64,000 nt of DNA from a virus (lineage: Duplodnaviria > Caudoviricetes): IMG/VR virus record IMGVR_UViG_3300025316_001101, one strand, 5' to 3'. A program made the translations under genes and the position numbers. Of the stretch, positions 38,819 to 48,980 are shown one piece after another. The notes beneath the pieces are model-generated. The model did not search any database and was not told where the DNA came from. It saw only the letters and a list, made by a program, of their open reading frames with translations. How positions within the stretch are numbered: the stretch's first letter is position 1; each line of letters starts with the position of its first letter.

Positions 38819-40362
38819 TGGTTTTCATTCGCTTACGCTCACTCGCTCCACTATTGAACTTTCCTTCGGAAAGTAGGGGCTTGGATTGATTAAAAATGTT
38901 TTCAACCAACCTCTTACAAGAGAAAGAATGGATTTTATCCAACCTAATTCTTGAAGGCGTATTGACAACGCCTCTACTGAGTTGAGTCCGAAGACCCTTC
39001 CCGCTACCTGATTTCAGCATAATTCCCAATGCACCGTGCATATCAGCATTGATAATAATACCTGTACTTGACTTGAACAAACCACGCTTTATTCTTCGTC
39101 CTAAATACTCTTCGTGATGACACATTGGTTCATTTGCTAAATGGTCGCACTTTGAAGTATATGCTTCGTTGATGGATTTATATTCAATTCCATATAACTC
39201 ACACTTACTTCGCAATTTCCAAGCAAACTTACCAAACGGAAGCATTACAAAGTTTTGGTTGTTTTTGTCTCCAATGTGACTTCCATCTTGAGCGTGCCAA
39301 CCTTCACCAATTACCACTTTGCCAATTTGATGTTTAATACAAGTTTGAACAATCAAATTGACATATTGATTGAGATGTTCGTTCAATCTACGATTTCTTT
39401 TATCCTCCATTGTTCGCATACGCTTACTTGATTTTTGTCCTTGTGTTTCCAGTATTGATTGTAGTCTTGCTCTCTCCTTATTATACCATTGATTTATGGA
39501 TTTCATTCTACGCCCGTCTAAGATAAACGAGTGTCCAGTTTTACTGTCAAGGCAAGTGGCGAAATTACTTACGCCAGGATCAATACTCAATACACGACTT
39601 TTTTCAAGTTTTGGATGTTCTTGTTCAACTTCATACACAAACTCAATCTCAAAATGCTCTGCTTTACTCTTTGGAAGAATGCGAACCTCTTTTATCCGAT
39701 TGCCTTTGACATTCGGAGGGATTTGATACACAAACTTCTTGAACTTATACTTACTTCGTAAATCTTTTGGCACTGCTACACTAAAATGTTCAACACAATT
39801 TCGCTGTGGAAATATACAGAGGAAATGTCCATCTTTGGGAAGAAAATGAGGTTTTTTGACTGGCTTGTTGTAATTGCCATGTTGTTTCTTTTTCAAAAGT
39901 CCAAAGAAAGAACGAAAACAGCGTTCTACTATTTTCATTGTTTGTTGAGAGGCATCAGTTCCAAGTGCCTTATATTCAGGTCTTACTTTCATTACATGGT
40001 ACGCACTGTTGTAGGTCAAAAATTCTCCGCATTGACCAAAGTGATTGTTAGTTTCCCACAATGTAGAATTGAAAAGATTTTTGCTACGGCGACACATATC
40101 ACGCCAAAACCTAAATTGGCTTCTATCCAACTTCATCTTATTCTTTTGGACTTTGAACATCTCATACTTATATAGTATGATTGCTCATAATTTTTTTATG
40201 AATTCTAAATTATTTTGAAATTATTTTTATTATGGCGGCTTACATCCCACTACCCTAAAGAGGTTCGCTCTGTTCGTTCGGTCGTTCGCCTACGGCTAAC
40301 TTACTCACTCACAGAACAAACATTCCTTTGGAATGTAGGGGTTTCACGCCGCCCCCAGATGA
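38786..40362 (-). mobile_element. TnpB-only (IS1341-like) IS200/IS605-family element
   Basis: tnpB flanked by related subterminal hairpins at 38786-38882 (right end, finishing TAATTGAC) and 40234-40362 (left end). Confidence 0.8.
38802..40160 (-). CDS. tnpB: TnpB RNA-guided nuclease
   Basis: Motifs 'LSIDPG', 'VVIGEGW...Q', 'EAYTSKC' and 'INAD..GA..I'. Confidence 0.9.
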   Translation of the reverse strand: MFKVQKNKMKLDRSQFRFWRDMCRRSKNLFNSTLWETNNHFGQCGEFLTYNSAYHVMKVRPEYKALGTDASQQTMKIVERCFRSFFGLLKKKQHGNYNKPVKKPHFLPKDGHFLCIFPQRNCVEHFSVAVPKDLRSKYKFKKFVYQIPPNVKGNRIKEVRILPKSKAEHFEIEFVYEVEQEHPKLEKSRVLSIDPGVSNFATCLDSKTGHSFILDGRRMKSINQWYNKERARLQSILETQGQKSSKRMRTMEDKRNRRLNEHLNQYVNLIVQTCIKHQIGKVVIGEGWHAQDGSHIGDKNNQNFVMLPFGKFAWKLRSKCELYGIEYKSINEAYTSKCDHLANEPMCHHEEYLGRRIKRGLFKSSTGIIINADMHGALGIMLKSGSGKGLRTQLSRGVVNTPSRIRLDKIHSFSCKRLVENIFNQSKPLLSEGKFNSGASERKRMKTTIEPL

Positions 40363-40374
40363 ATTTCTAGGCAG

Positions 40375-40404
40375 CAAACCGCCCGGCCTTGGCCGGGCGG
40401 TTTG
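40375..40404. terminator. Hairpin terminator between convergent genes
   Basis: caaaccgcccggcc-tt-ggccgggcggtttg. Confidence 0.7.
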
Positions 40405-40406
40405 TC

Positions 40407-41042
40407 TTAAATCGATTGAGACTCTTTGCCCCATGCTTCCATTGGCAAATCCTTCAATTCATAATTAGATGCAATGGTTGTTCGGATTTCTCCGCACTTA
40501 CTGCATACTCGTTCGCACACGTAGGTTTTTTTGAAAAACCACGGTGAATGAACAATTTTATCTTCTGGAATCTCTTTCTTGGAAAACGATCCTGGTTTGC
40601 ATGGACTATTAGCTGCCAATTGTTCATAAGCAGAGCTAATTGATGCCGCTTTCTTTTCTTCCCAACTGTGACGACATTCGCTTTTAGGTTCTGGCGGGAA
40701 TACCGGCTTAGGGGGAGGCGGTGGAGGAGTAAATTCAATGTCTTCTATGGTTTTGTCAATACTACCACAGGATCGGCATTGGAGAATGGTAACCATTTTC
40801 TGCCGTTGATCATTTTTCAGAATCTCATCTTTAATCACTTCCCATTGATGTGAGCAAGCGGTCGCTGCCAATCCTGGCGGCAATGTGGTGGTGCCTTCGA
40901 AAGGTTTAACTGGTTCTGGACAATATTTTGTAGTCTTTTTGAAGGCACTAATGCCGTCTGCAAGCTTATTTGCTATCATTAGGAGCACAAAAATAATAAT
41001 CGTACCCACAATTCCTATTGTGATTTCCATTCCGCTCAACAT
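40407..41042 (-). CDS. Membrane-anchored protein with two Cys/His zinc-ribbon-like repeats
   Basis: N-terminal TM; 'CSHQWE...CRSCG' and 'CRHSWE...CSKCG'. Confidence 0.6.
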   Translation of the reverse strand: MLSGMEITIGIVGTIIIFVLLMIANKLADGISAFKKTTKYCPEPVKPFEGTTTLPPGLAATACSHQWEVIKDEILKNDQRQKMVTILQCRSCGSIDKTIEDIEFTPPPPPPKPVFPPEPKSECRHSWEEKKAASISSAYEQLAANSPCKPGSFSKKEIPEDKIVHSPWFFKKTYVCERVCSKCGEIRTTIASNYELKDLPMEAWGKESQSI

Positions 41043-41133
41043 GGTTCTCTCCTGTTAGAATTGTCTCTAAAGCCAGTTTGTTATTATACCCTCAAAAGTC
41101 TTTCACGTAAAGACTAGATAAAAGAGTAGAAAA

Positions 41134-41442
41134 ATGAGGGGTGTAATGCAATTCAAAGATTGGTTTCAAGAACAACTTTATCTAGAAATCTTCGAACCGG
41201 AAGAAATTGATGCTTTTGAGCCGGAAGATGGCCGATGGGATCAATCTCCCGAAGAGGACTCGTCTTCGCACACCTTCAGATTTAACGTAAAATCCGATCC
41301 AGATAAGAATTGTGGCTATTCTGATCAGTCAACTCCATGTTATCACGTTTCCATAAGCAGGGATGGATATATTGATTTTGGTCATTCAAGAACGGGAACG
41401 GCCGATAGGTTTGGGCAACGAAGTGGGGAAAGGCGTAAATAG
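41134..41442 (+). CDS. CTS-like protein (MQFKDWFQEQ), paralog of 38450-38818
   Basis: Shared 'F..EEID...DG.W...F.FN...DP.K.C...CY...S...I.F.H...G..DRF'. Confidence 0.55.
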   Translation: MRGVMQFKDWFQEQLYLEIFEPEEIDAFEPEDGRWDQSPEEDSSSHTFRFNVKSDPDKNCGYSDQSTPCYHVSISRDGYIDFGHSRTGTADRFGQRSGERRK

Positions 41443-41551
41443 TAAAAATACGAAGTGGCACGCTGTCACAACGGCCAGTGCAATCGCATAATGCAAGAAA
41501 GAAATTCTCAAACAAAAGACTAAATAACATAGATTTATAAGAAGGAGTATC

Positions 41552-41851
41552 ATGGCTGCAATACCGTTAGACACCCCAGAAGTCGTACCAGCAGTACCAG
41601 AAAAGACATATGATCTTTTGTGGTTATCACAAGTTGTTATCATGGCAAATGATCCTAATCGAACCGTTCGAGTGCAAGGCAAAATAGACAAAGGAAGAAT
41701 CCTAGAAGATGGAAAAACTTGGGAACTAAAACCCGGTGGTTCTACCGATGTCGTTATTAACGATTTCTTTGCCGAAGCAGAAAAAGATCCTGAACTTGCT
41801 ACAATCATGGGCATGATCCTATCGCAATTCAAAACTAGATCTGGCCTGTAA
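41552..41851 (+). CDS. Putative tail-fibre assembly/chaperone protein, copy 1
   Basis: Clear paralog of 52010-52309; flanks the fibre genes. Confidence 0.5.
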   Translation: MAAIPLDTPEVVPAVPEKTYDLLWLSQVVIMANDPNRTVRVQGKIDKGRILEDGKTWELKPGGSTDVVINDFFAEAEKDPELATIMGMILSQFKTRSGL

Positions 41852-41880
41852 TTAATAAGTCACATCAAGAATTCTATCTA

Positions 41881-41916
41881 AGCTCAATGTCGGCATCCGC
41901 CGACATTGAGCTTTTT
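41881..41916 (+). terminator. Terminator of the CAATGTCGGC-N4-GCCGACATTG family
   Basis: Perfect stem plus T-run. Confidence 0.8.
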
Positions 41917-42031
41917 CAATAGTTGTTTGAAAATAACATCTTGCGATGTTAAATAACTAATGTAATTATCAACAACTTTCATATATAATCATAGTTAAGC
42001 AACTATACTGCCCTAGTATTTGGAGCAAAAA

Positions 42032-45000
42032 ATGGCACATTGTTTTATAGATTATAATAGCGGACAAATTAAACGAATCGATCCAGCCATTACAGATTTT
42101 AGTTTACCGGTAGCAAATATAGACATGAGTTTGAGGTGTTTATCTGACTGTAAAGCGGATAAACACTGTGTTGGCGGTGTTCGTGCTGTGGCTACCGTAG
42201 GTACAACTGCAAATACCTGTGATTTAGACAATAGTTGTTGTGGTGGATGTTGTTTCCTGACAGCGGCTTGTGGTGTAACTACCGTCAATGGTGCAAGCGG
42301 CATGATTACTTTAGCTGCTATATCTGGTCAAGGATTGGCTTGTCAGGCTATTAATTGCAACTATTTTTGCAATGTTCTTGCTGGCGGAACCACAGGTCAA
42401 ATTCAATATAATTGTAACAATGGATTTTGTGGAGCAGCAGGACTTTGTTTTAATGCTTCTAACAATAGTGTGGCTATGGGGGCTTCGTCGGCTAGTGGTA
42501 ATTGTTCTCATGCCGAAGGGTCAAGTTGTACTTATGGCTGTTTTTCGCATGCCGAAGGGTTGGATTCTTGTGCGGTTGGTCATTATTCTCACGCTGAAGG
42601 CGGGTGTGGCAAAGCAATAAACATGGTTTCTCATGTTGAAGGTTTTTGTAATTGGGCCTGCGGCAGCGGCACTCCAGGTATTCATGTCGAAGGATTTTGT
42701 ACACGTGCTGATTGTATAGGAGCCCATGCTGAAGGATTTTGTACTGTCGCTTGTGGCATAGGAGCCCACTCTGAAGGATCTGCTTGTGGAGTGACATATA
42801 ATTGGGCCGATGGTTGTGGCGCTCATGTCGAAGGATTTTGTACATGTGCTTATTGTACAGGAGCCCACGCAGAAGGATTTTACGCCTGTGTTTGTGCTTG
42901 TGCAGCCCACGCAGAAGGATTTTGTACATGTGCTTGTTGTGCAGGATCTCACGCTGAAAACTGGTGTAGCAAGGCACTTGGAATCGCATCTCATGCTGAA
43001 GGAACTACTTGTGCTACTAATCTTGGTGCTCATGCTGAAGGTGGAGTGAATTTAGCAAGCCAAATCATCTTTTCATGTGCTTGTTTTGAAGCGTCACATG
43101 TTGAAGGATTTTGTAATTGTGCATGTAATTGTGCAACCCACATTGAAGGGGTTGCTAATTGTGCAATAGGTTTAGCAGCACACATGGAAGGCATGGGGTG
43201 TACCAGTTCATGTGTGCAAATTGCACATGGAGACTATTCTCATGTCGAAGGATATACCAATCGAAACATTTTTGGTTTGGCAGGGCACACAGAAGGATGT
43301 TGTCAGTGTATATGTAATGATGCTGTTTGTTTTAGTCATGTTGAAGGATTTCAAAACTTGTTATCGAGTTGTAGTTCTAACACTAGATGTTGTAGCTGTT
43401 GCTCTGTTGGTACAAAAACGGGTACTGGTTATTGGTGGGATTTCGGTGCAAACTGGGGGGTTATAAAACTTGCTAATCCTTCAACCATTACTGGATGTTT
43501 ATCGTGTAATTGCGGAGGGACATATTGTACAGCACAAACTCTTGCATTTCATCCTAATGGATTTTGCGTTTGTGCTTCTGGCACAAATAACACCTGCATT
43601 ATAGGCTCAACTACTTCAAGTACATTGGTGCCGGTTTATTTTCACCAATGCTCATCCACATTTTCCAGTGGTGGTGGTTGTGTATTTTTACCAATTGCAT
43701 GCACTGATGGGTGTAACGTAAGACTTACTATTAATTTTCAAATGCCAAGTCAAGCTCATGCCGTCCACGTAGAAGGATGTTGGCAGGGTAATTATGGTGC
43801 TGGTAATCCCGCTGATAAAAATATGAATGCTCTACACATGGAAGGATGTTGTCAACATATAAACATGGGCTGTGCTGGTCATCCAATGATGGCTACACAT
43901 ATGGAAGGATTTTGTAATGGTACTTGTGCATCTATTGGTTTTCACATAGAAGGTACTTGTCATTGTGTGGGTACGTGTGGTCACTTTTCTCACCTAGAAG
44001 GGGCTGGCCCTGGCTACACTCCAATTAATTGTCTACAATATGCTCATGTAGAAGGATATAAAAACTGTAGTCTAGGCGGCACCGCTGTATACACTTGCGG
44101 ACTACACCTTGAAGGGTTTTGCTCGGCTATTTGTGCTAACAATGCTACTTGTATTGTTTGTGGAGCCCACACAGAAGGAGGACTGTCTTGTGTTGGTGGT
44201 ATTGCCGCCCATGCAGAAGGATATGGTAGTAAGGCTCTTGGATTTGCTTCTCATGCGGAAGGATGTTGTACCTCTGCTTGTAATAATTACTCACATTCAG
44301 AAGGAAAGTCAACAATTGCCGGAAACGCTACCGCTAGCATAAATGTTCAACATGCAGAAGGATCTCTAACTGCTGCGTGTGGATTTGCTTCACATGCAGA
44401 AGGAAATCTAACTACTGCGTTTGGAATGGCTTCACATGCAGAAGGAGCTTCTACCGTTTCTGGAAGTGGCGATTTCCAAGGACCAGCTTCACACGCTGAA
44501 GGGCTTTGTACCACTACTTGTACTTTGTGGTACGCTCATGCAGAAGGATGTTGCTCATGTATTTGTAGTCTTGGTCACGCTGGACACGCTGAAGGGTGTT
44601 GTACGCAGGTTTGTTCTTGTGCAGGACATGCTGAAGGGGCTTGGTCAAAATCATTGAATACTGCTGCTCATGCAGAAGGTAAAGGAACTTTTGCATGCCA
44701 AGATTCATCGCACGCAGAAGGGTTCTGTTCTTGTGCTAAGTGTCAAAGCTCGCACGCAGAAGGGTGCTGTTCTTTGGCAGATGCTTGTCATTCACATGCT
44801 GAAGGAAGATTAACTTTTACTTGTAGTCCAAGTAGTCACACTGAAGGAGTTTGCTCATTTATTTTAGCAAATTCTTGCGGTGGACACGTTGAAGGATTTT
44901 GCACTGGTTTAACTACCACTGGAGCAAAAGCTGGACACGCTGAAGGATGCTGTTCTCTCGCTAGGACGGCAGGACAACATGCTGCCGCCAATTGCGGGTT

Positions 45001-45412
45001 TTCCACTCTGGGCGATGCTCAATATAGTCGATATGTATTTAAGGCACAAACTATTAATGCGGCTCCTGTAACTCTTGCAACAGATAGTGTTACTGGATAT
45101 GGGATGATAATGCCTGGATCTAAAGCAACAATTATGTTTACCATAAGAGTGGCTGCTCATCATTGTACTGGCAACACTGCCGCTGGTTGGTATTTTAGAG
45201 GAACACTGGTCAATACCGATGGAACACTTAGATTCATCAACAACTCAGACGTAGCAGTAAATTCATGGAATAATTTGGGTGTAGGAAGTACCGTAACATT
45301 AAGCACATCGTCTTTTAATCCTGTTATGTTTAATATTGCAGCAACAGGAGTTGAGGCCAATACTATAAATTGGGTGGCTGTAATGGAAACTTCAGAAGTT
45401 AGTGTGGCATAA
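42032..45412 (+). CDS. Cys-rich tail fibre/adhesin-like protein 1 with H-x-E-G beta-helical repeats
   Basis: Many ~14-aa 'SHAEG..T.A.G' (YadA-head/Hep_Hag-like) repeats; C-terminal 'GDAQYSR...' beta-sandwich. Start moved to the ATG after a GGAG. Confidence 0.75.
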   Translation: MAHCFIDYNSGQIKRIDPAITDFSLPVANIDMSLRCLSDCKADKHCVGGVRAVATVGTTANTCDLDNSCCGGCCFLTAACGVTTVNGASGMITLAAISGQGLACQAINCNYFCNVLAGGTTGQIQYNCNNGFCGAAGLCFNASNNSVAMGASSASGNCSHAEGSSCTYGCFSHAEGLDSCAVGHYSHAEGGCGKAINMVSHVEGFCNWACGSGTPGIHVEGFCTRADCIGAHAEGFCTVACGIGAHSEGSACGVTYNWADGCGAHVEGFCTCAYCTGAHAEGFYACVCACAAHAEGFCTCACCAGSHAENWCSKALGIASHAEGTTCATNLGAHAEGGVNLASQIIFSCACFEASHVEGFCNCACNCATHIEGVANCAIGLAAHMEGMGCTSSCVQIAHGDYSHVEGYTNRNIFGLAGHTEGCCQCICNDAVCFSHVEGFQNLLSSCSSNTRCCSCCSVGTKTGTGYWWDFGANWGVIKLANPSTITGCLSCNCGGTYCTAQTLAFHPNGFCVCASGTNNTCIIGSTTSSTLVPVYFHQCSSTFSSGGGCVFLPIACTDGCNVRLTINFQMPSQAHAVHVEGCWQGNYGAGNPADKNMNALHMEGCCQHINMGCAGHPMMATHMEGFCNGTCASIGFHIEGTCHCVGTCGHFSHLEGAGPGYTPINCLQYAHVEGYKNCSLGGTAVYTCGLHLEGFCSAICANNATCIVCGAHTEGGLSCVGGIAAHAEGYGSKALGFASHAEGCCTSACNNYSHSEGKSTIAGNATASINVQHAEGSLTAACGFASHAEGNLTTAFGMASHAEGASTVSGSGDFQGPASHAEGLCTTTCTLWYAHAEGCCSCICSLGHAGHAEGCCTQVCSCAGHAEGAWSKSLNTAAHAEGKGTFACQDSSHAEGFCSCAKCQSSHAEGCCSLADACHSHAEGRLTFTCSPSSHTEGVCSFILANSCGGHVEGFCTGLTTTGAKAGHAEGCCSLARTAGQHAAANCGFSTLGDAQYSRYVFKAQTINAAPVTLATDSVTGYGMIMPGSKATIMFTIRVAAHHCTGNTAAGWYFRGTLVNTDGTLRFINNSDVAVNSWNNLGVGSTVTLSTSSFNPVMFNIAATGVEANTINWVAVMETSEVSVA

Positions 45413-45434
45413 AAAATAATTGGAGTAATATAAA

Positions 45435-48400
45435 ATGTCAATATATTGTTTTTGTGATTATTGTTCCGGGCAGGTAAAATGCATATCCCCTGAACCAACG
45501 AATCAGACTACACCTTCTTGGGCTATAGACGTGAGCTTAAAGAATCTATCTGATCAAAAGCAAAATAGTAGTGATTTATGCTTATTTGCCACTACTGGTA
45601 AAACTAGCGATCTGACCAATGGAGCAGGATTTTTAACTAGTGTTACTGGCGTAAGTTGTATTTTTAATGGAAGTTATTTATGTGGAGATGTTACTTTGGC
45701 CACAATAGCAGTTAGTGGAAAAAGTAGTGACTTAGTGAATACTCCTGTTACATTCTTCACCCCTAGCAGTATTATTGAAGGAGTATCTGGGAATGGCAAA
45801 GTTCAATATAATAATACTATTGGAACAGCAAAAGCTATTGCAGGATCATCAATAAAATTTTCTGGGGATGATTCAAGAAATGTTACAGAATCCTGCGGTA
45901 CAGTAGATATAAATGGATTTTGTAATCACACAGAAGGATTTGGATATGCAGACGGACGTTGGAATCACGCAGAAGGATCTGGATACACCGGCACAGAAGC
46001 GAATCCAGGTTGTTCAAATCATGCAGAAGGATTTTGCACTTGCGTTGCACATTGCGCAAATCATGTTGAAGGATTTTGTACCTGTATCGGTTATAATGTT
46101 GCAGCAGATGGTTACGGTGCTCACGCTGAAGGATTTTGTACTTGTGCTTGCGCTAATTACGGTGCTCATGCCGAAGGATTTTGCACTTGTGCCATTGGTC
46201 GAGGTGCCCATGCAGAGGGAGCAGCAATAGGATATGGCACCGCTGCTGTTTATAGATACCCAACTGCTGCATCCGCTGGATCGCATGCTGAAGGTGTCGG
46301 CACTTGTGCTGCTGGCATTGGATCGCATGCTGAAGGTGTAGCATCTCCCAATACAGATCTTGCCAATCCAGTCATTAGCGGTGGATGTGCGTGCGGTGTC
46401 GGATCGCATGTTGAAGGCGTTGGCTCCTGTGCGATGGGAGATGCTTCGCATGCCGAAGGATGTTGTACACGTGCTGATGGAGTTGCCTCTCACTCCGAAG
46501 GGTTCTGTACATGTGCTTCTGGTATTGGAGCACATGCCGAAGGAACGTTTAGATGTGTGACAGGAACTTGCTCTACAGCTATAGTATTTAATAATGCTGC
46601 TGGTGATGGTTCCCATGCCGAAGGCATGGGAACCTGTGCTACAGGATTTGCATCACATGCTGAAGGTATAGCGGTTTCTAATGGCGATCTTGCCAATCCA
46701 GTTCTTTATCCTGTTTGTGCTGGTGGTTGTGGTTCTCATGCCGAAGGTGGAGGAACCTGTGCTCTGTCAACCGCAGATCATGCTGAAGGATATCGCACAT
46801 GTGTTTGTGGGTGTATGTCACATGCTGAAGGATTTTGCAACGTAATTTACGATAGCCAAGTCAATGGGTATCGGCCTTGTGCTTCACATGTAGAAGGATT
46901 TTGCAATATAGTCATACATTGTGTTTCTCATGCTGAAGGTTGTTGTAATATTGTAGGAAGTCAGATATCGCATGCTGAAGGCATTTGTAATCGCATCTCT
47001 GGATTTTGTGATAGTGAGGGTGTAGCCAATCACATTGAAGGTTGTTGTAATTATATAGGATTTTGTAACTGTGCTACACATGTTGAAGGATTTTGTAATG
47101 CTGCTGGATCTTGTGGTAGATTTAATCACATAGAAGGATTTTGTGGCAAAATAGCAGACACCATTGGATTCTGCGGCGTCCACATAGAAGGCATGGGTGG
47201 ACTGGGATTTTGTAATGCAGTACACGTGGAAGGCATGTGTTTTTGCTCTAATACAAGTGTTTTTGCTGAACTTTCTTGTACTTTAGTAGCTACAAGCGGA
47301 ACGGTTAGTGGATTTTGCATGGCACGTTATGCTCCAGTTGTTACATTATCTCCATTCTGTAACCCTACACATTACGGTGCAATGATTGGATGTGTGATGT
47401 GCGGTGCTTCTAATCCACCTACCACAGTTGTCCAATGCTTTGTTGTTGATTCTGTTGGAACGTTGTGTATTGTATGTAATTGTGGAACTCCTTCCACTTG
47501 TATTTGTCAAGCTTGTGTGCCTACAGCTATTAATTTAACCACTGGAGCGTGGGGAAATATTCCCATGTGTGGATCAACTGGTAATGTGGCATTAAAATAT
47601 TCTTATTATTGTGTACCAACCTTTATTTATAATAGAGCAAGTGATTGTGCTGCCCACGCTGAAGGCGTGGGCACATGCGCAATGGGTTACGCATCACATG
47701 CTGAAGGCATGGCTGCTCCTTTACAATCACATACTTACGATTCTGCGATGTGTTGTGAGGTTCTTAGTGTTCCAAATCCTGTTTGTGCTAGTTGTCGTGG
47801 TTCTCATGCCGAAGGAGGAGGAACTTGTGCTTTGGCTGTAGGTTCACACGCTGAAGGATACAGAACATATACCGATCAATGCGGGTCTCACGTAGAGGGC
47901 TATAGAAATATTATTCAATCTTCTATTGGTTGTGGCTCACATGCTGAGGGATTTTGCAATGTGTTAGGTGAGGGAGGAGCTAGTAATCTTGTCGCTGGTC
48001 ACGTTGAAGGCATGTATAACGTTTATTGTTGTGCATGTTATTCTCACGTAGAAGGTTGTTGTAATGTTTTATGCACAGGCGCTAATTATACACACATGGA
48101 AGGTTATGGAAATAGAGCTACACCAATAGCTATAGCTTCCCACGTTCAAGGCTTTTGTAATTGTATTGATGCTGCTTTTTCCCACGCTGAAGGTTGTTAT
48201 ACTTATGCCGGTGGAGCCGCCTCTCATGCAGAAGGCACCTGCACCCGTGCGGGTGCAGGTGCTTCCCATGCCGAAGGGTGTGGATCATGTGCTTGCGGGA
48301 TTGCTTCCCACGCCGAAGGATGTTGTACACGTGCTGATGGGGTCGCCTCTCACGCTGAAGGGTTTTGTACATGTGCTGGTGGTGATGCCTCTCACGCTGA

Positions 48401-48965
48401 AGGCTATTATACTTATGCTAGTTGTATAGGGTCTCACGCAGAGGGTATTAAAACGTGCGCATACGCACTAGCATCGCATGCAGAAGGATGTCTTTCTTGT
48501 GCTTGTAAATTAGGTCAACACGCATCAGCGAGTGGTGTAATTGGCACAGAAACCCCTGGTAAGGTTGGAAGTGCGCAATATAGCAGATTCCATTTGATGG
48601 CAAAAACGACTTTGAGTGAAACAGTTGAATTAACGATTGGCAATCAAGGTGGCGTCATTACTTTACCGCCGAGTACAACATGGATGTATACTGTAAAAAT
48701 AGTAGCTAGTAAAGCTGGGTCTGTTAGTGGAGGAGCTTGGTTTATACAAGGAGTTATAAATAAATATCTAACTCTAGATTCAGTTGCATTAATAGCACCT
48801 ACCGTTACAGAGTATGAATGGAACACTATGGGAGGTGGATCTATAGCTATAGATGCGGCTTATGATGGTTCTATTAGTTGGTTAAGAATTCAAGCAACCG
48901 GTACAGGAGCCGCTACTCGTTGGAGTGCGATTGTAGAATGTGCAGAAGTTATTATTAAAGCATAA
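45435..48965 (+). CDS. Cys-rich tail fibre/adhesin-like protein 2
   Basis: Same repeat architecture; C-terminal 'GSAQYSR...'. Confidence 0.75.
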   Translation: MSIYCFCDYCSGQVKCISPEPTNQTTPSWAIDVSLKNLSDQKQNSSDLCLFATTGKTSDLTNGAGFLTSVTGVSCIFNGSYLCGDVTLATIAVSGKSSDLVNTPVTFFTPSSIIEGVSGNGKVQYNNTIGTAKAIAGSSIKFSGDDSRNVTESCGTVDINGFCNHTEGFGYADGRWNHAEGSGYTGTEANPGCSNHAEGFCTCVAHCANHVEGFCTCIGYNVAADGYGAHAEGFCTCACANYGAHAEGFCTCAIGRGAHAEGAAIGYGTAAVYRYPTAASAGSHAEGVGTCAAGIGSHAEGVASPNTDLANPVISGGCACGVGSHVEGVGSCAMGDASHAEGCCTRADGVASHSEGFCTCASGIGAHAEGTFRCVTGTCSTAIVFNNAAGDGSHAEGMGTCATGFASHAEGIAVSNGDLANPVLYPVCAGGCGSHAEGGGTCALSTADHAEGYRTCVCGCMSHAEGFCNVIYDSQVNGYRPCASHVEGFCNIVIHCVSHAEGCCNIVGSQISHAEGICNRISGFCDSEGVANHIEGCCNYIGFCNCATHVEGFCNAAGSCGRFNHIEGFCGKIADTIGFCGVHIEGMGGLGFCNAVHVEGMCFCSNTSVFAELSCTLVATSGTVSGFCMARYAPVVTLSPFCNPTHYGAMIGCVMCGASNPPTTVVQCFVVDSVGTLCIVCNCGTPSTCICQACVPTAINLTTGAWGNIPMCGSTGNVALKYSYYCVPTFIYNRASDCAAHAEGVGTCAMGYASHAEGMAAPLQSHTYDSAMCCEVLSVPNPVCASCRGSHAEGGGTCALAVGSHAEGYRTYTDQCGSHVEGYRNIIQSSIGCGSHAEGFCNVLGEGGASNLVAGHVEGMYNVYCCACYSHVEGCCNVLCTGANYTHMEGYGNRATPIAIASHVQGFCNCIDAAFSHAEGCYTYAGGAASHAEGTCTRAGAGASHAEGCGSCACGIASHAEGCCTRADGVASHAEGFCTCAGGDASHAEGYYTYASCIGSHAEGIKTCAYALASHAEGCLSCACKLGQHASASGVIGTETPGKVGSAQYSRFHLMAKTTLSETVELTIGNQGGVITLPPSTTWMYTVKIVASKAGSVSGGAWFIQGVINKYLTLDSVALIAPTVTEYEWNTMGGGSIAIDAAYDGSISWLRIQATGTGAATRWSAIVECAEVIIKA

Positions 48966-48980
48966 ATTGGAGTATGTAAA

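Noticed and set aside
46444-48385. Near-identical repeats within fibre 2 (HAEGCCTRADGVASH) as a DGR template/variable pair
   Set aside because: The differences are mostly synonymous and not adenine-specific, and there is no reverse transcriptase in the window. These are ordinary intragenic duplications.
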